This document shows positions 26,969 to 38,231 of a stretch of 64,000 nucleotides of DNA, in pieces; the first letter of the stretch is position 1, and every line of letters begins with the position of its first letter. Location: positions 32,001 to 96,000 of IMG/VR virus record IMGVR_UViG_3300045988_114464; one strand, given 5' to 3'. The stretch is from a virus. Made by a program: the position numbers and the translations under genes. The notes beneath the pieces are model-generated. The model made no database searches and was not told where the DNA came from. It saw only the letters and a list, made by a program, of their open reading frames with translations.

Positions 26969-29900
26969 GAAATGGTAGAAGGTGCGACTGAGTTCCGCAA
27001 AAACTCTTTCAATGATGAAGATTCTGCGAACTTAGCGCAAGTTTCAGCTATGTTTCAAAACGTAGCGGATGAATCACTATCTGCTGGTGATTCTGCTTCG
27101 TTTATTATCGCACAAATGAAAGCGTTTGGCATTGAAGCTGACAATGCCATCCATATCGTAGACGCGGTGAACGCCGTTTCTAACAATTTTGCGGTTTCAT
27201 CTGGCGACCTCGCTACGAACCTTGGTAATATGTCTGCCGCACTTGCAGTAGGTAATAATACATTTGAGCAGTCTTTGGCAATGCTTACGGGTATTACCGA
27301 AGTTACTCGTAATGCGTCTAAGGGTAGCCGTGCGTTGGTGTCCGTGCAGAGCCGTCTTAACCAAGTCGTTGATGAAAGTTCAAGCACAGGTCAAAAATTA
27401 ACTAATTGGTATAATGACCATAATATTGCGATTTATGACCAAGAAGGCGAATTAAGAAGTCTGTATGAAATCTTAGGTGACGTTTCTAAACAGTGGGACG
27501 GACTATCTAAGAATGAGCAGTCTTATTTTCTAAACATACAAGCGGGTGCAAATCAGTCTCAGAACCTTGCTTCACTTCTCTCAAACTGGGATTCTGTAGT
27601 AAAGGCTCAAGATGTAGCACTTAATTCCGCAGGTTCAGCCGCAAAGGAAAATACGGCATATATGGACAGCCTTGAGTCCAAGGTTGCGGCTCTAAAGGCT
27701 TCTTTCCAAGAACTTGCTAACGCTGTAATTACCAAAGAAATGGTATCAGAAGTGTTGAATTTGGTCAACGCTTTTACTAAACTTGCTGATACTGGTGTAG
27801 GTAGAGCAATTATTAAATTTGCGCTATTCTCTACTACCATGAGAGCGGCTTCTGCTATTTTTGGCAATACGGCAAGAGTATTGCTTCAGATGTTCACAGG
27901 CATGAGCACTGGACAAAGAACCATTACTGAGTTGATGAATGCTGGCGGTAGAATTGGTTCGATATTCACCAATTTGATGGGTATTTTTAACGATGTTCGT
28001 ATGTCTGCTTCTGGTATGGCTGGACCGATGACAGCTTCTTCCAGTGCGTTGTCAGGAATGGCTTCATCTGCACTTTCGGCTCTTACTTCGCTAAATCCAC
28101 TTGCGATTGGCATAGGTGCTGTTGTTGCCGCTGGCGCTGGGCTTGCAATAGCTATTAAACATTATGCTAATGAAGAAAAGAATCTTCAGAAGTCAGTAGA
28201 CGAACATAAAAATTCTGTTAGTGATATTCAAAGTCAAATTGACGAATACAATTCGACCCTTGAATCTAACAAACAACGTCTTGAAGAAATCAATTCCTTA
28301 AAGGGTACTTCAAAGTGGAATGGCGAACTTGAAAATGAAGCAAACACGCTTGAACGCCAAAATACTCTTATCGAAAGACAGATTACTCTACAAGAGCAAA
28401 AGCTAAAGGCAGAGCAAGCCGCACTTTGGCAAGAACAATCTAAGTTGTTTGATAAGCAGTATGGCGATAAAATGCGCTATACTACAAAGCAACAAAATCT
28501 TCGTGGTGAAGAAGTATCTGTTACTCTTACTGGCGAAAAAGCCTATAAACAAAAATTAACAGATTTACAAACAACTATCCATAAGTTTACACAAACACAA
28601 AATCTTGATTATAAAGAAGCCGCTACTGAAGCTGAAAGTTCGATTCTATCAATTATTTCTGAACTTGAAGAATATAAAGAAGCGGCTGTATCTGCTGGCG
28701 ATACTACTAAAGCTGATTACATTCAATCTTTAATTGATTTGGCTGAAGCCAGTGATTCTGTAAGCGGTGGTACTATTGGTGATGCACTTGACGGCGATTC
28801 AAAAGCAATGGAGAACGCCGCCGATAAAGCAGAACAATTACACGACCGTATAGTAAATCTTGCACAAGATTTGGGAACAACTGTTGCTCAACTTGGCATT
28901 AAAGCTAAAGACGCTTTTTCTACAGAAGAATGGTTGGAAAAACTTGACCCATCTTCTTTGAACAATCTTGAGCAAATACTAAATCTGATAGGCGACCGTG
29001 CGGGTTGGCTTGGCTCACAGCTTAGCAATATGTCAACAGAAGAAACCGTCACTTATCTATCAGAAGTTATGCGCCGATTTACTGGTGCTGTGCAAGACGC
29101 TACTGGCGCTTATGATGAATTTGACAAGGCTTTAGAAACAGATTTTGCAAAGCCTTTGCAACAAATGAATGAAATGGCTGACTACATTGAGCAGTCAGAT
29201 AAACATGGCATTCAGAATATGCAAGCGTATAACAAGGCTTTGGAAGGCGTATACGGTACAACTGATAAGAATATTATTGCGCTTCAAGACCAGAAAGCCG
29301 CTATGTCGGATTTCCGTACAACTACGGTTGAAACGGCTACTGCTCTTGATAATATGAAAGCCTACTATGATTCAGCGGGTAATTTCTTAGGCGATAAACT
29401 TCTTAAAAATATTGAGCAAATTTCCAAAAACAAGGACAAGTTTGGCGACCTTGTTAATTTTGAGAAATTTGATGACGGCACTTTCAAAGTAGCTGTTAAG
29501 GATTTTGGCGACCTTGCGGACGCTCTTGGTATAACTCAGCCAATGTTGAGCAGTTTTATGGAAGCCCTTGGTGGTTCTGTAGACTTCCAAATGGGGGACA
29601 CCTTAAATGCCGCTCAAGCCGCTATTCAAGATATTCATGACGCTGTTTCTAATACAGATGCAGGTGGTATTTCAGACCTACTAAATAAACTTGGTAGTGC
29701 TGACCCCACGAATATTAAGAATAGAGTGCAAGATTTACAAGCGCTTAATGATAAACTTAATGACCTTTCATCCTATACAAATGTACCTTTTGATTTTGAC
29801 TTTAGTAAATTAGAAGGTCAAGATTTTACTGATGCCGCAAAGCAAGTTGAAGGTTACGCAAATGCACTTAAAACCTTTACTACGGATTCTGGTTCTTGGG

Positions 29901-32900
29901 ATTTAAGTGGTACTATTGACAAGGTTAATAGTGCGCTTAAAGACGCAAGTAAAGGTACTAAAATCGAACTTGATGGTAATAACATTAAGTTTGAGTCGGA
30001 AGATGCAGTCAATGAACTAAAGAGCCAAATCGAAGATGCCTTTGATGGTATGGACTTTGAAGATATTGTCAAAACTGATGCGGGCAAGAGCATACTTGCT
30101 AATCTTTTTGACGGTATGGAAATTGACGCTGACCAAGCGGGCGATGTAGGTAAAGATTTCGCTGACGCAGTAACCGAAGCTATTCAAGACCAATTAAACA
30201 CCACTCAAATCGCACTTAACGGTATTGGTGCTGAAGTCAAGGGCGAGTTAGGTTATCAAGTTGACGAAGGCATGAACGCTGTTCAAGAATCTGGTCAACG
30301 AACTGCTGATTGGTTCTCTAATAGCTTTGCGCCACAAGTACAGCAAGGTGTTCAGAGCGCTATGTCTGGTGCAGAACAATCCGCACAAAATAGCGTAAGT
30401 GTTCTACAAGGCATATTCTCTAACATGAATATTGCTGACCCAATGCAACAAGTTCAGCAAGGTATTCAAAACGTCAACGGCGAAGTTAATAACTTTAGTG
30501 CTGGTAACATGACAAGTCAGCTTGGTGAAGTTGGCACTGCCGCAGGGCAAGCAGGAGATAAATCTGAAGAAGCTAAAACTAAGGCTCAACAACTGAGTCA
30601 AGTTTCTATGTCGAACTTTATCACTGGTATGGTGAATGGCGCAAGTTCGGCTTCTGCGCTATCTTCTATTGCTTCTACTGCTTATAACAATGCTTCTAAG
30701 TTAAATACTACCTTTACTACCGTATTTAAGGCTGATACTTCTCAGTGGAAAGTTCCTTCTCTTCCTACGGGAGTAAAGAAGGCTGTGGGTCAAATTCCAG
30801 CTTATGCCAACGGTAAAATGGATGACCTTTCTGGCACTCAACCAATGCGTTCTCAATCCTCTAAGATTGCGCTCGTTGGTGAGGAAGGCGCAGAGTTCCG
30901 TATTACTGCTGATGGCAGAAAAGAACTTCTTGGTAAGAATGGTGCAGAATTTGTCAAGGTAAATAAGGGTGATACCATTATTCCTGCGAATGTTACTGAT
31001 ATGATTCGCAAGGGACAACTTCAAGGGTATGAAGCGGGCAAATTTGGTGGTAGAACTTCTGTTTCTGGTTCTGGTGTAAGCAATGGCAATCATACTATTC
31101 ATGTTGGCAAAACCGAAAGTCGATATGTTGGTGCGACCAGTAGTAGCACTAAGGCTACTCATGCTAATACTAAGGCGACTAATGCCAATACTTCTGCTAA
31201 GTCTGCTAACGCTTCTGCAAGTTCCAAAGCCGCTGAAGCAACAGACGAACTAACAGACGCACAGAAAAAGCAGAAAGAAGCCTTTGAAGAAGCTAACGAT
31301 GTAACCGAACACCATATTTTCTTGCGTGAAAAACAAGGCGCTTCTTACGCTGAACTCATTAAGATGAGTAAGGCTTATCAGAAGCAACTTAATAAGCAAG
31401 CAAATTGGTGGAGAAGCCAAGGGTTTAACGATGATTCTGAAGAAATCCGCAAAATCCAAAAGGATTGGTGGGGACTTCAAGATGACATAACTTCCTATCA
31501 AGAAAAGGCTTTTGACGAACGCTATCAGAAATCCAAAGATTACATTGATGACCGTAATGACCTTGAAGATTGGGGTGCTGACTCCGAAATTGAAGCATGG
31601 CATCGTGTTGAAAAGTGGATGGATGAATGGTATGCTCGTGGCGAGATTAGCTACAAGTATTACCTTGAAAAGCGTAAAGAAGCCACAAAAAAAGCCGCCG
31701 AAGCTGAAAAGAAGGCTTGGGAAGAAGCTAAAAAGTCTCAGATTAAAGAACTTGAAGATTGGCAAGACGTTTACGAAGATTTGTTTGACCTTGTAGCTGA
31801 CAAGGCTCAAGAAGAAATCGACAAACTGAACGAACAACGCGATACCGTTGAAAAATATTGGGACGATAAAATTGACGCGCTTGAAAAGGCGAACGATGAA
31901 CTTGACGACCAGATTGAAAAGGAAGAAGCACTTGACGCTTTGGCTCGTGCTCGTTCCACTAAAGTCATGGTTTATCAGAATGGTCGATTCCAATATATCA
32001 ACGATATGGACGAAGTTTCTGAAGCTAAGACTAACCTTGAAAAGATTGAGCGCGAACAAGCACTCAAGAAAGAAAAGGAAAATCTTGAAAAGCAGAAAGA
32101 AGCGGCTCTAAAGGCTATTGACGACCAGATTGACGCATGGGAAAAATACAAAGACGAGTGGGGCAAGGTTGTTTCTGATTACGAAAAGAAGCAGAAGGAA
32201 CTTAATGTTCTACAGAAACTTGGTATTGACCTTGAAGCAGATAACTGGAAAGAGCGCCTTGGTAATCTACAAGATTACGTTAATAAGTATGCCGAAATTA
32301 TGGGGCAACTTACCAAACTTAAAAAAGAAGAAGAATTGGGTAAAGACCTGCCTTCCTATGACTCTAACAAGGGTACTGCTGGCGCGGGTGCTGGTGCAAT
32401 TATTGGTACTGGTGCAGGTATTGCCGCTGGTGGTGCTATTGGTGGCGCTGTCGGTGGTGCTATTGGCACGGTCATTGGCGCTGTAACCGGTGGTCTTGGG
32501 CTTAATAAAGGTAGTTCTTCTTCTGGTGGTTCAAGTTCTTCTGGAAAAACTTACCAATCTGTTGGTGGTAAAGCACCTTCTGGCTTAAAAGCTGGTGACA
32601 AGGTAGTTACTAATGGTGGTACTTACACTATCACTGGTGTTAATAAGGACGGTTCTTATACTTCTCAGAAAACTTCTAACACTACAAAGTCCAATTATAA
32701 AGGCACTTATTCAAAGAAGGCTTCTGGCACTAAATATAATGCGGCAGGTATTTCGCTCGTTGGCGAAGAAGGCGCAGAATTGCGCGTACTTGGTCAAGGT
32801 GAAGGTATTGTTCCTCATGATATGACAGCTAACCTGTTTGAATGGGGACAAACCAGACCGAGCGATATTGTATCTGCTATCACAGGCGCACAAACTGAAA

Positions 32901-33040
32901 ATTCTGGTGTGACGATTTGCATAGAAAACTTCAATCCTTCTCTACCCAATGTTGTGGATGGTGAAGGTTTTGCTAATTATCTCAAGAATAATTTCTGGCG
33001 TAATGTTGTACAATATAAGACGACTATGGGGAGGGCGTGA
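26969..33040 (+). CDS. tail tape measure protein, main segment (exon 2)
   Basis: More than 2000 aa with a TP901-type TMP core (..SAGDSASFIIAQMKAFGI..NLGNMSAALAVG..), long coiled coils, a Gly-zipper (GAGAGAIIGTGAGIAAGGAIGG) and two LVGEEGAE motifs. Confidence 0.85.
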   Translation, partial: EMVEGATEFRKNSFNDEDSANLAQVSAMFQNVADESLSAGDSASFIIAQMKAFGIEADNAIHIVDAVNAVSNNFAVSSGDLATNLGNMSAALAVGNNTFEQSLAMLTGITEVTRNASKGSRALVSVQSRLNQVVDESSSTGQKLTNWYNDHNIAIYDQEGELRSLYEILGDVSKQWDGLSKNEQSYFLNIQAGANQSQNLASLLSNWDSVVKAQDVALNSAGSAAKENTAYMDSLESKVAALKASFQELANAVITKEMVSEVLNLVNAFTKLADTGVGRAIIKFALFSTTMRAASAIFGNTARVLLQMFTGMSTGQRTITELMNAGGRIGSIFTNLMGIFNDVRMSASGMAGPMTASSSALSGMASSALSALTSLNPLAIGIGAVVAAGAGLAIAIKHYANEEKNLQKSVDEHKNSVSDIQSQIDEYNSTLESNKQRLEEINSLKGTSKWNGELENEANTLERQNTLIERQITLQEQKLKAEQAALWQEQSKLFDKQYGDKMRYTTKQQNLRGEEVSVTLTGEKAYKQKLTDLQTTIHKFTQTQNLDYKEAATEAESSILSIISELEEYKEAAVSAGDTTKADYIQSLIDLAEASDSVSGGTIGDALDGDSKAMENAADKAEQLHDRIVNLAQDLGTTVAQLGIKAKDAFSTEEWLEKLDPSSLNNLEQILNLIGDRAGWLGSQLSNMSTEETVTYLSEVMRRFTGAVQDATGAYDEFDKALETDFAKPLQQMNEMADYIEQSDKHGIQNMQAYNKALEGVYGTTDKNIIALQDQKAAMSDFRTTTVETATALDNMKAYYDSAGNFLGDKLLKNIEQISKNKDKFGDLVNFEKFDDGTFKVAVKDFGDLADALGITQPMLSSFMEALGGSVDFQMGDTLNAAQAAIQDIHDAVSNTDAGGISDLLNKLGSADPTNIKNRVQDLQALNDKLNDLSSYTNVPFDFDFSKLEGQDFTDAAKQVEGYANALKTFTTDSGSWDLSGTIDKVNSALKDASKGTKIELDGNNIKFESEDAVNELKSQIEDAFDGMDFEDIVKTDAGKSILANLFDGMEIDADQAGDVGKDFADAVTEAIQDQLNTTQIALNGIGAEVKGELGYQVDEGMNAVQESGQRTADWFSNSFAPQVQQGVQSAMSGAEQSAQNSVSVLQGIFSNMNIADPMQQVQQGIQNVNGEVNNFSAGNMTSQLGEVGTAAGQAGDKSEEAKTKAQQLSQVSMSNFITGMVNGASSASALSSIASTAYNNASKLNTTFTTVFKADTSQWKVPSLPTGVKKAVGQIPAYANGKMDDLSGTQPMRSQSSKIALVGEEGAEFRITADGRKELLGKNGAEFVKVNKGDTIIPANVTDMIRKGQLQGYEAGKFGGRTSVSGSGVSNGNHTIHVGKTESRYVGATSSSTKATHANTKATNANTSAKSANASASSKAAEATDELTDAQKKQKEAFEEANDVTEHHIFLREKQGASYAELIKMSKAYQKQLNKQANWWRSQGFNDDSEEIRKIQKDWWGLQDDITSYQEKAFDERYQKSKDYIDDRNDLEDWGADSEIEAWHRVEKWMDEWYARGEISYKYYLEKRKEATKKAAEAEKKAWEEAKKSQIKELEDWQDVYEDLFDLVADKAQEEIDKLNEQRDTVEKYWDDKIDALEKANDELDDQIEKEEALDALARARSTKVMVYQNGRFQYINDMDEVSEAKTNLEKIEREQALKKEKENLEKQKEAALKAIDDQIDAWEKYKDEWGKVVSDYEKKQKELNVLQKLGIDLEADNWKERLGNLQDYVNKYAEIMGQLTKLKKEEELGKDLPSYDSNKGTAGAGAGAIIGTGAGIAAGGAIGGAVGGAIGTVIGAVTGGLGLNKGSSSSGGSSSSGKTYQSVGGKAPSGLKAGDKVVTNGGTYTITGVNKDGSYTSQKTSNTTKSNYKGTYSKKASGTKYNAAGISLVGEEGAELRVLGQGEGIVPHDMTANLFEWGQTRPSDIVSAITGAQTENSGVTICIENFNPSLPNVVDGEGFANYLKNNFWRNVVQYKTTMGRA

Positions 33041-33063
33041 GCGTAATGCTCACCCCTCTTTTA
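33031..33063 (+). terminator. rho-independent terminator
   Basis: GAGGGcGTGAGC-loop-GCTCACCCCTC followed by TTTT. It overlaps the TMP stop. Confidence 0.6.
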
Positions 33064-33076
33064 TTAGGAGGACATT

Positions 33077-33328
33077 ATGGACGAAATGAACCAAGAAGCT
33101 GTACAAGCTATGCTTGAGGGCTTTAATTTGTTGCTTAAAGAAGCAATTAGTAATACTACGAAAATTTATGATGGCTTTGTCATTGGACAGAATGGAACTA
33201 ATTGGAATGTAAGATATAATGGACAAGTTCATTCTATCAAACAGTATGGCGACAATCCAGTAAAAGCTGGAAAAATCGTTAAAGTGTTTATTCCCCAAGG
33301 CAACGCCAATTTAACATTTTTTATGTAA
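33077..33328 (+). CDS. hypothetical tail protein (83 aa)
   Basis: ORF after AGGAGG, downstream of the TMP. Confidence 0.5.
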   Translation: MDEMNQEAVQAMLEGFNLLLKEAISNTTKIYDGFVIGQNGTNWNVRYNGQVHSIKQYGDNPVKAGKIVKVFIPQGNANLTFFM

Positions 33329-33334
33329 GGAGGT

Positions 33335-34435
33335 ATGGCAATGGCTTTACCAAGACCAGTGTTAAATACACAGGTTGCGTTTGACGCTACACAGGCTCAT
33401 ACCTTTACGTTTACTGTATATGGGTCTGGTGCTCAAGTTACAGCAAACAAGCTAACCATTAGAAAACAGACTGATAATTCGATTGTTTATCAACAGCAAC
33501 AAACTACATTTAAGTTTGAACATACGTTACCTGCTGGTTCTCTAACCAATGGTAACTATTATAATGCAACTATTATCGTGATTGATGGCAACGGAGTAGA
33601 ATCAGCAGAATCTATTCCTATTCAATTTTGGTGCTATTCTGCTCCAAGTATTGTAATGACGAATTTTCCTGTTACTGCAATTATTGATAATGCTTCATTC
33701 AACTTTGAGTTTAGTTATAATCAAGCTGAAGGAGAAAGATTAAATAGCTATGTAGTTAATTTGTATGATAGTACAAAGACGTTAATTTCCACTTCTGGTA
33801 CAGTGTATGTAGAAGATGGTATACCGCCATATGATGGTGGTTATTTGTTTAACGGCTTTGAGAATACAACCGAATACTTTATTGAAATTGTTGGTCTAAC
33901 AATCAATGGAACTACAGTAACGACAGGACAAGTACGGTTTAATACACGATATATTAACCCAAGTATTTATTCACAGATAGAACTTGAAAACCATTGCAAA
34001 GATGGTTATATTACTGTTACTTCTAATATGATTTTGATTGAGGGTGTAAGTCAGCCCGACCCACCGACATATATAAATAATAAAGAAGTGGATTTACGCC
34101 AAAATAACAGTTATGTTGAATGGAATCAAGGTTACAATATTTCCAGCGATTTTACGACAAAATTATGGTTTAGGGGCGCAAATCCAAATTCAACTTTAAT
34201 TCGCTTTAGCAATACTAATGGTCAAACGGTTGCAGTAGATTATCGAGAAGGATATAAAGACCAAACCGCTCAAGATAAGCAAGCGTATATGGAAGTATAT
34301 GTTGAATCTATCAGTGGAATGAAGTATTATATCTTTAGTGATTATCTTGATATTCTGCCAGACAGTTCATATTATTGTTTTTGGCTAAGACGAATTAACA
34401 ATATTTATCAAACACATTTTGCGATTGTAGAATAA
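33335..34435 (+). CDS. tail structural protein (distal tail/baseplate region)
   Basis: The call is by position after the TMP. The ORF is long and beta-rich. Confidence 0.45.
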   Translation: MAMALPRPVLNTQVAFDATQAHTFTFTVYGSGAQVTANKLTIRKQTDNSIVYQQQQTTFKFEHTLPAGSLTNGNYYNATIIVIDGNGVESAESIPIQFWCYSAPSIVMTNFPVTAIIDNASFNFEFSYNQAEGERLNSYVVNLYDSTKTLISTSGTVYVEDGIPPYDGGYLFNGFENTTEYFIEIVGLTINGTTVTTGQVRFNTRYINPSIYSQIELENHCKDGYITVTSNMILIEGVSQPDPPTYINNKEVDLRQNNSYVEWNQGYNISSDFTTKLWFRGANPNSTLIRFSNTNGQTVAVDYREGYKDQTAQDKQAYMEVYVESISGMKYYIFSDYLDILPDSSYYCFWLRRINNIYQTHFAIVE

Positions 34436-34450
34436 GAAAGGGGTGGATTT

Positions 34451-35359
34451 ATGTTTCAGTTTATAGGACTAAGTGCGTTTGCAGGTCAAGATTGCTTAAA
34501 TCCAACTCCTGCACAAGTTAATGATATTAAGACAACAAGAGTAACAAATGCTATTTTTGACCAATTCAGTGTAACGAAGAATGTATCTGAACCATTTAAT
34601 GTTTCACTTCCCACTATTTGGGACTATGATACTATTATGGACGCTACATTTGACGGCAACATTGAAGCTGGCAATGTAGAGTTTGCTTTGAATCAGATTA
34701 CTGAAGTCAAAATTAAGCGCCGTGTCCGTGGCACGTTTGATTGGCTGACGCTAAAATCTGTTCCTATTCACTCTGTATCTGACCTATCTTTTGCTTTTGA
34801 AGATAGAACAAATACGCATGGTGTAGAATATGAATATGCTTTTGTTCCAGTGTTAAATAATGCTGAAGGTGACTATATCATTAACAGTATTATGTCCGAC
34901 CTTGAAGGTGTATTTATTGGTGACGCTGATACTTGCTACCGATTCTTGTATGATGTGCAATATGGGACGAATGCACGCAAAGTAAATGTTGGTACATTCC
35001 AACCATTAGGTAGAAAATATCCTATCGTTATTTCTAATGGTTTGTTAAGTTATGATACAGGTTCTATTTCTGGTATTGTTCTTGACGATGAATTTGAAAA
35101 CACTGGTATTATAGATAGCGCAAAAACCAATGAAAAGAAGCGTAAACTCAAAGATTTTCTTGCTGATAAAAAACCAAAGATTTTACGCGATTGGACTGGC
35201 GCTAAGTGGTTGGTAGCTATTACCGATGATATTCAGATTTCTTATGCTGAATCTTCTGGTTTGCGCGTACCTTCTATGACTATTACATGGACGGAGATTG
35301 GTAATGCTGATGACCAAAATGATTTGTACTACAATGGTATTATTGACGCGCCATCATAA
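34451..35359 (+). CDS. tail/baseplate structural protein
   Basis: By position only. Confidence 0.45.
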   Translation: MFQFIGLSAFAGQDCLNPTPAQVNDIKTTRVTNAIFDQFSVTKNVSEPFNVSLPTIWDYDTIMDATFDGNIEAGNVEFALNQITEVKIKRRVRGTFDWLTLKSVPIHSVSDLSFAFEDRTNTHGVEYEYAFVPVLNNAEGDYIINSIMSDLEGVFIGDADTCYRFLYDVQYGTNARKVNVGTFQPLGRKYPIVISNGLLSYDTGSISGIVLDDEFENTGIIDSAKTNEKKRKLKDFLADKKPKILRDWTGAKWLVAITDDIQISYAESSGLRVPSMTITWTEIGNADDQNDLYYNGIIDAPS

Positions 35360-35371
35360 GGAGGAAGAAAT

Positions 35372-37357
35372 ATGCCAGTAACACTTGCACAATTTCAAAC
35401 TTCTGTTCAATCGGTTCAATCTCGTTTTATTAAGGTTGAATTGTTGAATTATCAATTTCAAACTGTAGATGAAATATCAGGAGTTTGTACTTCTGGTAGC
35501 ATATCTATTGATTCTACTGCTGATGTGCGAAGAACAGCGAGTATTGTTCTTGCGGTAAAAGATACCAGTTTTGAAGTAGCCAGTGGCGCAAGAGTATGGC
35601 TTGATAAATATATTCGTTTACTTGTCGGTACACAATCAATGCGAACTGGCGAGATTGAATATGTAAATTGTGGCATTTATATTATTGACGCTCCAAGCTA
35701 TGAATATGCGCCAGAAACTAATACAGTATCATTTAGTTTGCTTGACCTTATGGCAAAATTGACTGGTACACGAAATGGTTATTTGAAGGGTGTTCCTGTT
35801 GTGCTTAAAGCTGGTGAAAACATTCGTCAGACAATCATTGATACATTGGCTTTAGGTGGGTTTACACAATATGTTGTTGAAGAAGCACCATTTCCAAGTG
35901 TAATTCCTACAGACCTTGAATTTAGTCAAGGCGCAACTGTATATGATTTGTTGTCAGGACTAAGGGATATATACCCATATTATGAGATATATTTTGATGT
36001 AAATGGTACGTTCTTTTATAAGCGTAAGCCAACTGGCGAAAACGACCCAGTTGTTGTTGATGATACTACGTTTATTCCAATCGTTACCAATGAAAAGATT
36101 GAAGTTGACTTCCAAAACGTAAAGAATAGCATTGAGGTATGGGGGCGAACCCATGACCCAGCGCATTATTCTGATACTGCGGAAGTTACTGACAATACTA
36201 TTAAGCTAACCATTGAAGATGTAACAACCTATACCGAAAATGTGGTATACGGTTTTACAATGAAAAATAATAAGGGTTTAACTGCGCCAAAGCTAAAAAT
36301 CAATGACCTTGCTGTATTGCCGATTAAGAATGATGATGGTACTGACACCAATATCGTTGCCGAAGAAGGCGATGTTTATTTTTGTGTTCAGTATAAAACA
36401 ACTTATTGGCGATGGCTTGGACATTTGCAAGCATATGGTTTCGCTGAAGATACAAATGAAAAAAGTCCTTATTATGTAAATGGCTCAGTAGGGCGTATTC
36501 GATTGCCACTGTATGATGATGATTATGCAAATTGTCTAACAGATGATTTGGCACTACAACGCGCTAAATATGAGTTATGGCTTCACACCAATCTGAATGA
36601 TACTGTAACATTAAGTTGTGTTCCTGTATATTGGCTTGACGTTAATATGCTTGTTGAATACACATTGAATCGCAATGGCGAAAAACGTAAGTATCTTATC
36701 ACTTCAATTCAGCAAGGTCTTGCTCCAACAGATGACATGACTATTACTATGGCAAGATACTATGGTGAAAATGAAGCTGATACAGATTATGAGTTGCTTG
36801 AATATATTGAATCTGATGGCGACCAATGGATTGATGTTGGGTTCAATCCAAAGCAAGATACTCGTGTTTACGCCAAAGTTAGTCAATATCCAAACGCCAA
36901 GGAAGGCGCATTGTTTGGCGCTCGTGATTCTGCGGATGGCACAGTACATTATACATTCCGTACCAATGACAAAAAGTATCGTACAGAATATGCCAATGTT
37001 TACGCTGAATTTGCTACAGAAGTAAATTTTGAAGAACCGTTTACAGTGGATAAAGATGATAATGTAACCACTCTGAATACAGATAAAACGGTTACAATTG
37101 CATACACTGGTACATTCACTTGTGCCAATAGTTTGTATATATTCGCTTGTAATACTGGTGGGAAAGCCGACCTAAAGACTAAGGGTGTTAGAATCCATAG
37201 TCTTGTTATTTATGATGATGATAACGCTGTACGCAATCTTATTCCTGCTCGTCACAAAGAAACTGGCGAAATTGGTATGTACGATGGCGTAGAGTTAAAA
37301 TTTTACAAAAATGCTGGTACTGGCAAGTTTATTGCTGGTAAGGCAAAAGGAAATTAA
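35372..37357 (+). CDS. baseplate/tail-tip protein with a C-terminal YELLEYIESDG..WIDVGF domain
   Basis: The call rests on size and position. The C-terminal LEYIES.G.Q(W/Y)ID.G motif recurs in prophage tail proteins as I recall. Confidence 0.45.
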   Translation: MPVTLAQFQTSVQSVQSRFIKVELLNYQFQTVDEISGVCTSGSISIDSTADVRRTASIVLAVKDTSFEVASGARVWLDKYIRLLVGTQSMRTGEIEYVNCGIYIIDAPSYEYAPETNTVSFSLLDLMAKLTGTRNGYLKGVPVVLKAGENIRQTIIDTLALGGFTQYVVEEAPFPSVIPTDLEFSQGATVYDLLSGLRDIYPYYEIYFDVNGTFFYKRKPTGENDPVVVDDTTFIPIVTNEKIEVDFQNVKNSIEVWGRTHDPAHYSDTAEVTDNTIKLTIEDVTTYTENVVYGFTMKNNKGLTAPKLKINDLAVLPIKNDDGTDTNIVAEEGDVYFCVQYKTTYWRWLGHLQAYGFAEDTNEKSPYYVNGSVGRIRLPLYDDDYANCLTDDLALQRAKYELWLHTNLNDTVTLSCVPVYWLDVNMLVEYTLNRNGEKRKYLITSIQQGLAPTDDMTITMARYYGENEADTDYELLEYIESDGDQWIDVGFNPKQDTRVYAKVSQYPNAKEGALFGARDSADGTVHYTFRTNDKKYRTEYANVYAEFATEVNFEEPFTVDKDDNVTTLNTDKTVTIAYTGTFTCANSLYIFACNTGGKADLKTKGVRIHSLVIYDDDNAVRNLIPARHKETGEIGMYDGVELKFYKNAGTGKFIAGKAKGN

Positions 37358-37374
37358 AGGAAAGGAGTGGTTAT

Positions 37375-38220
37375 TTGTCAACACGTTATAACGATTTATC
37401 TTTGACTTCGTTTCCTGATTCAGTAGACGTATTTAAGACATTTTTGAATATTGAAGCAAGAGATGGTACAGCTATCAAGGGCTATACTGATGCTATGCAA
37501 GCTGGCGACCAAGTATTAGCAAATCAATATCTTGCACAGATTTCTTCTGCATCGCAAAAGATTATTCAAGCGACTGACTTAAATAAATTAACAGAAGCTA
37601 TTCTTGCGATTGAGCGTTTCTATTCTACAGATATTAACGATGATATTGAACAACGTCAAATTGCGTGGAAAGCATTGATTGATAATTTTAGCTATATTAG
37701 TGAATGGGCTTCTGGCACACCATACAAAAAGAACAATCTTGTTTCATATACAGTTGGAACTAAGACAAATATCTATATTGCTATTGCTGATACTCCCGCT
37801 GATATTGCTCCTACAAATGGCAATTATTGGCGAGTAATGACGCAGAGAGGTAAGCAAGGCGTATCTGGTGTGGGTTTGGCTTACCGTGCGGAGTGGAACG
37901 CAAGCGAAGATTATCAGAAGGATAATGCAGTTACTTACGATGGTGCTCTTTGGCAATCTTTAGCGACAAACACTAATATTAAGCCCGGCACAAATGACAG
38001 TATTTGGAAGTTGGTTATGCCGTATAGCGTTACTGTATATCCAATTCAAGATACTGAGCCAAGTAATCAGAGCGAAGGTGAACTTTGGTTTGATACCACT
38101 GGCAATCCAACCAAATATTACAAACTTGAGCCACTTATCAATCCTGCAAGCGCATCTAATATTACCGCTGGCTTTGAAGCGTATGATGGTCAAGGTAACT
38201 TGATTGTAGGCACAGCGTAA
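37375..38220 (+). CDS. tail fibre/receptor-binding candidate with CBM5/12-like aromatic repeats
   Basis: It contains the repeats YKKNNLVSY...YIAIADTP...NGNYWRVM and YQKDNAVTYDGALWQSLATN...SIWKLV. Confidence 0.4.
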   Translation: MSTRYNDLSLTSFPDSVDVFKTFLNIEARDGTAIKGYTDAMQAGDQVLANQYLAQISSASQKIIQATDLNKLTEAILAIERFYSTDINDDIEQRQIAWKALIDNFSYISEWASGTPYKKNNLVSYTVGTKTNIYIAIADTPADIAPTNGNYWRVMTQRGKQGVSGVGLAYRAEWNASEDYQKDNAVTYDGALWQSLATNTNIKPGTNDSIWKLVMPYSVTVYPIQDTEPSNQSEGELWFDTTGNPTKYYKLEPLINPASASNITAGFEAYDGQGNLIVGTA

Positions 38221-38231
38221 GGAGGGTTATT

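Noticed and set aside
31250-32059. A 269-aa minus-strand ORF inside the tape measure gene
   Set aside because: It is a shadow of the coiled-coil (E/K-rich) TMP segment. Its F/L/K-rich low-complexity translation lies fully inside a well-supported gene.
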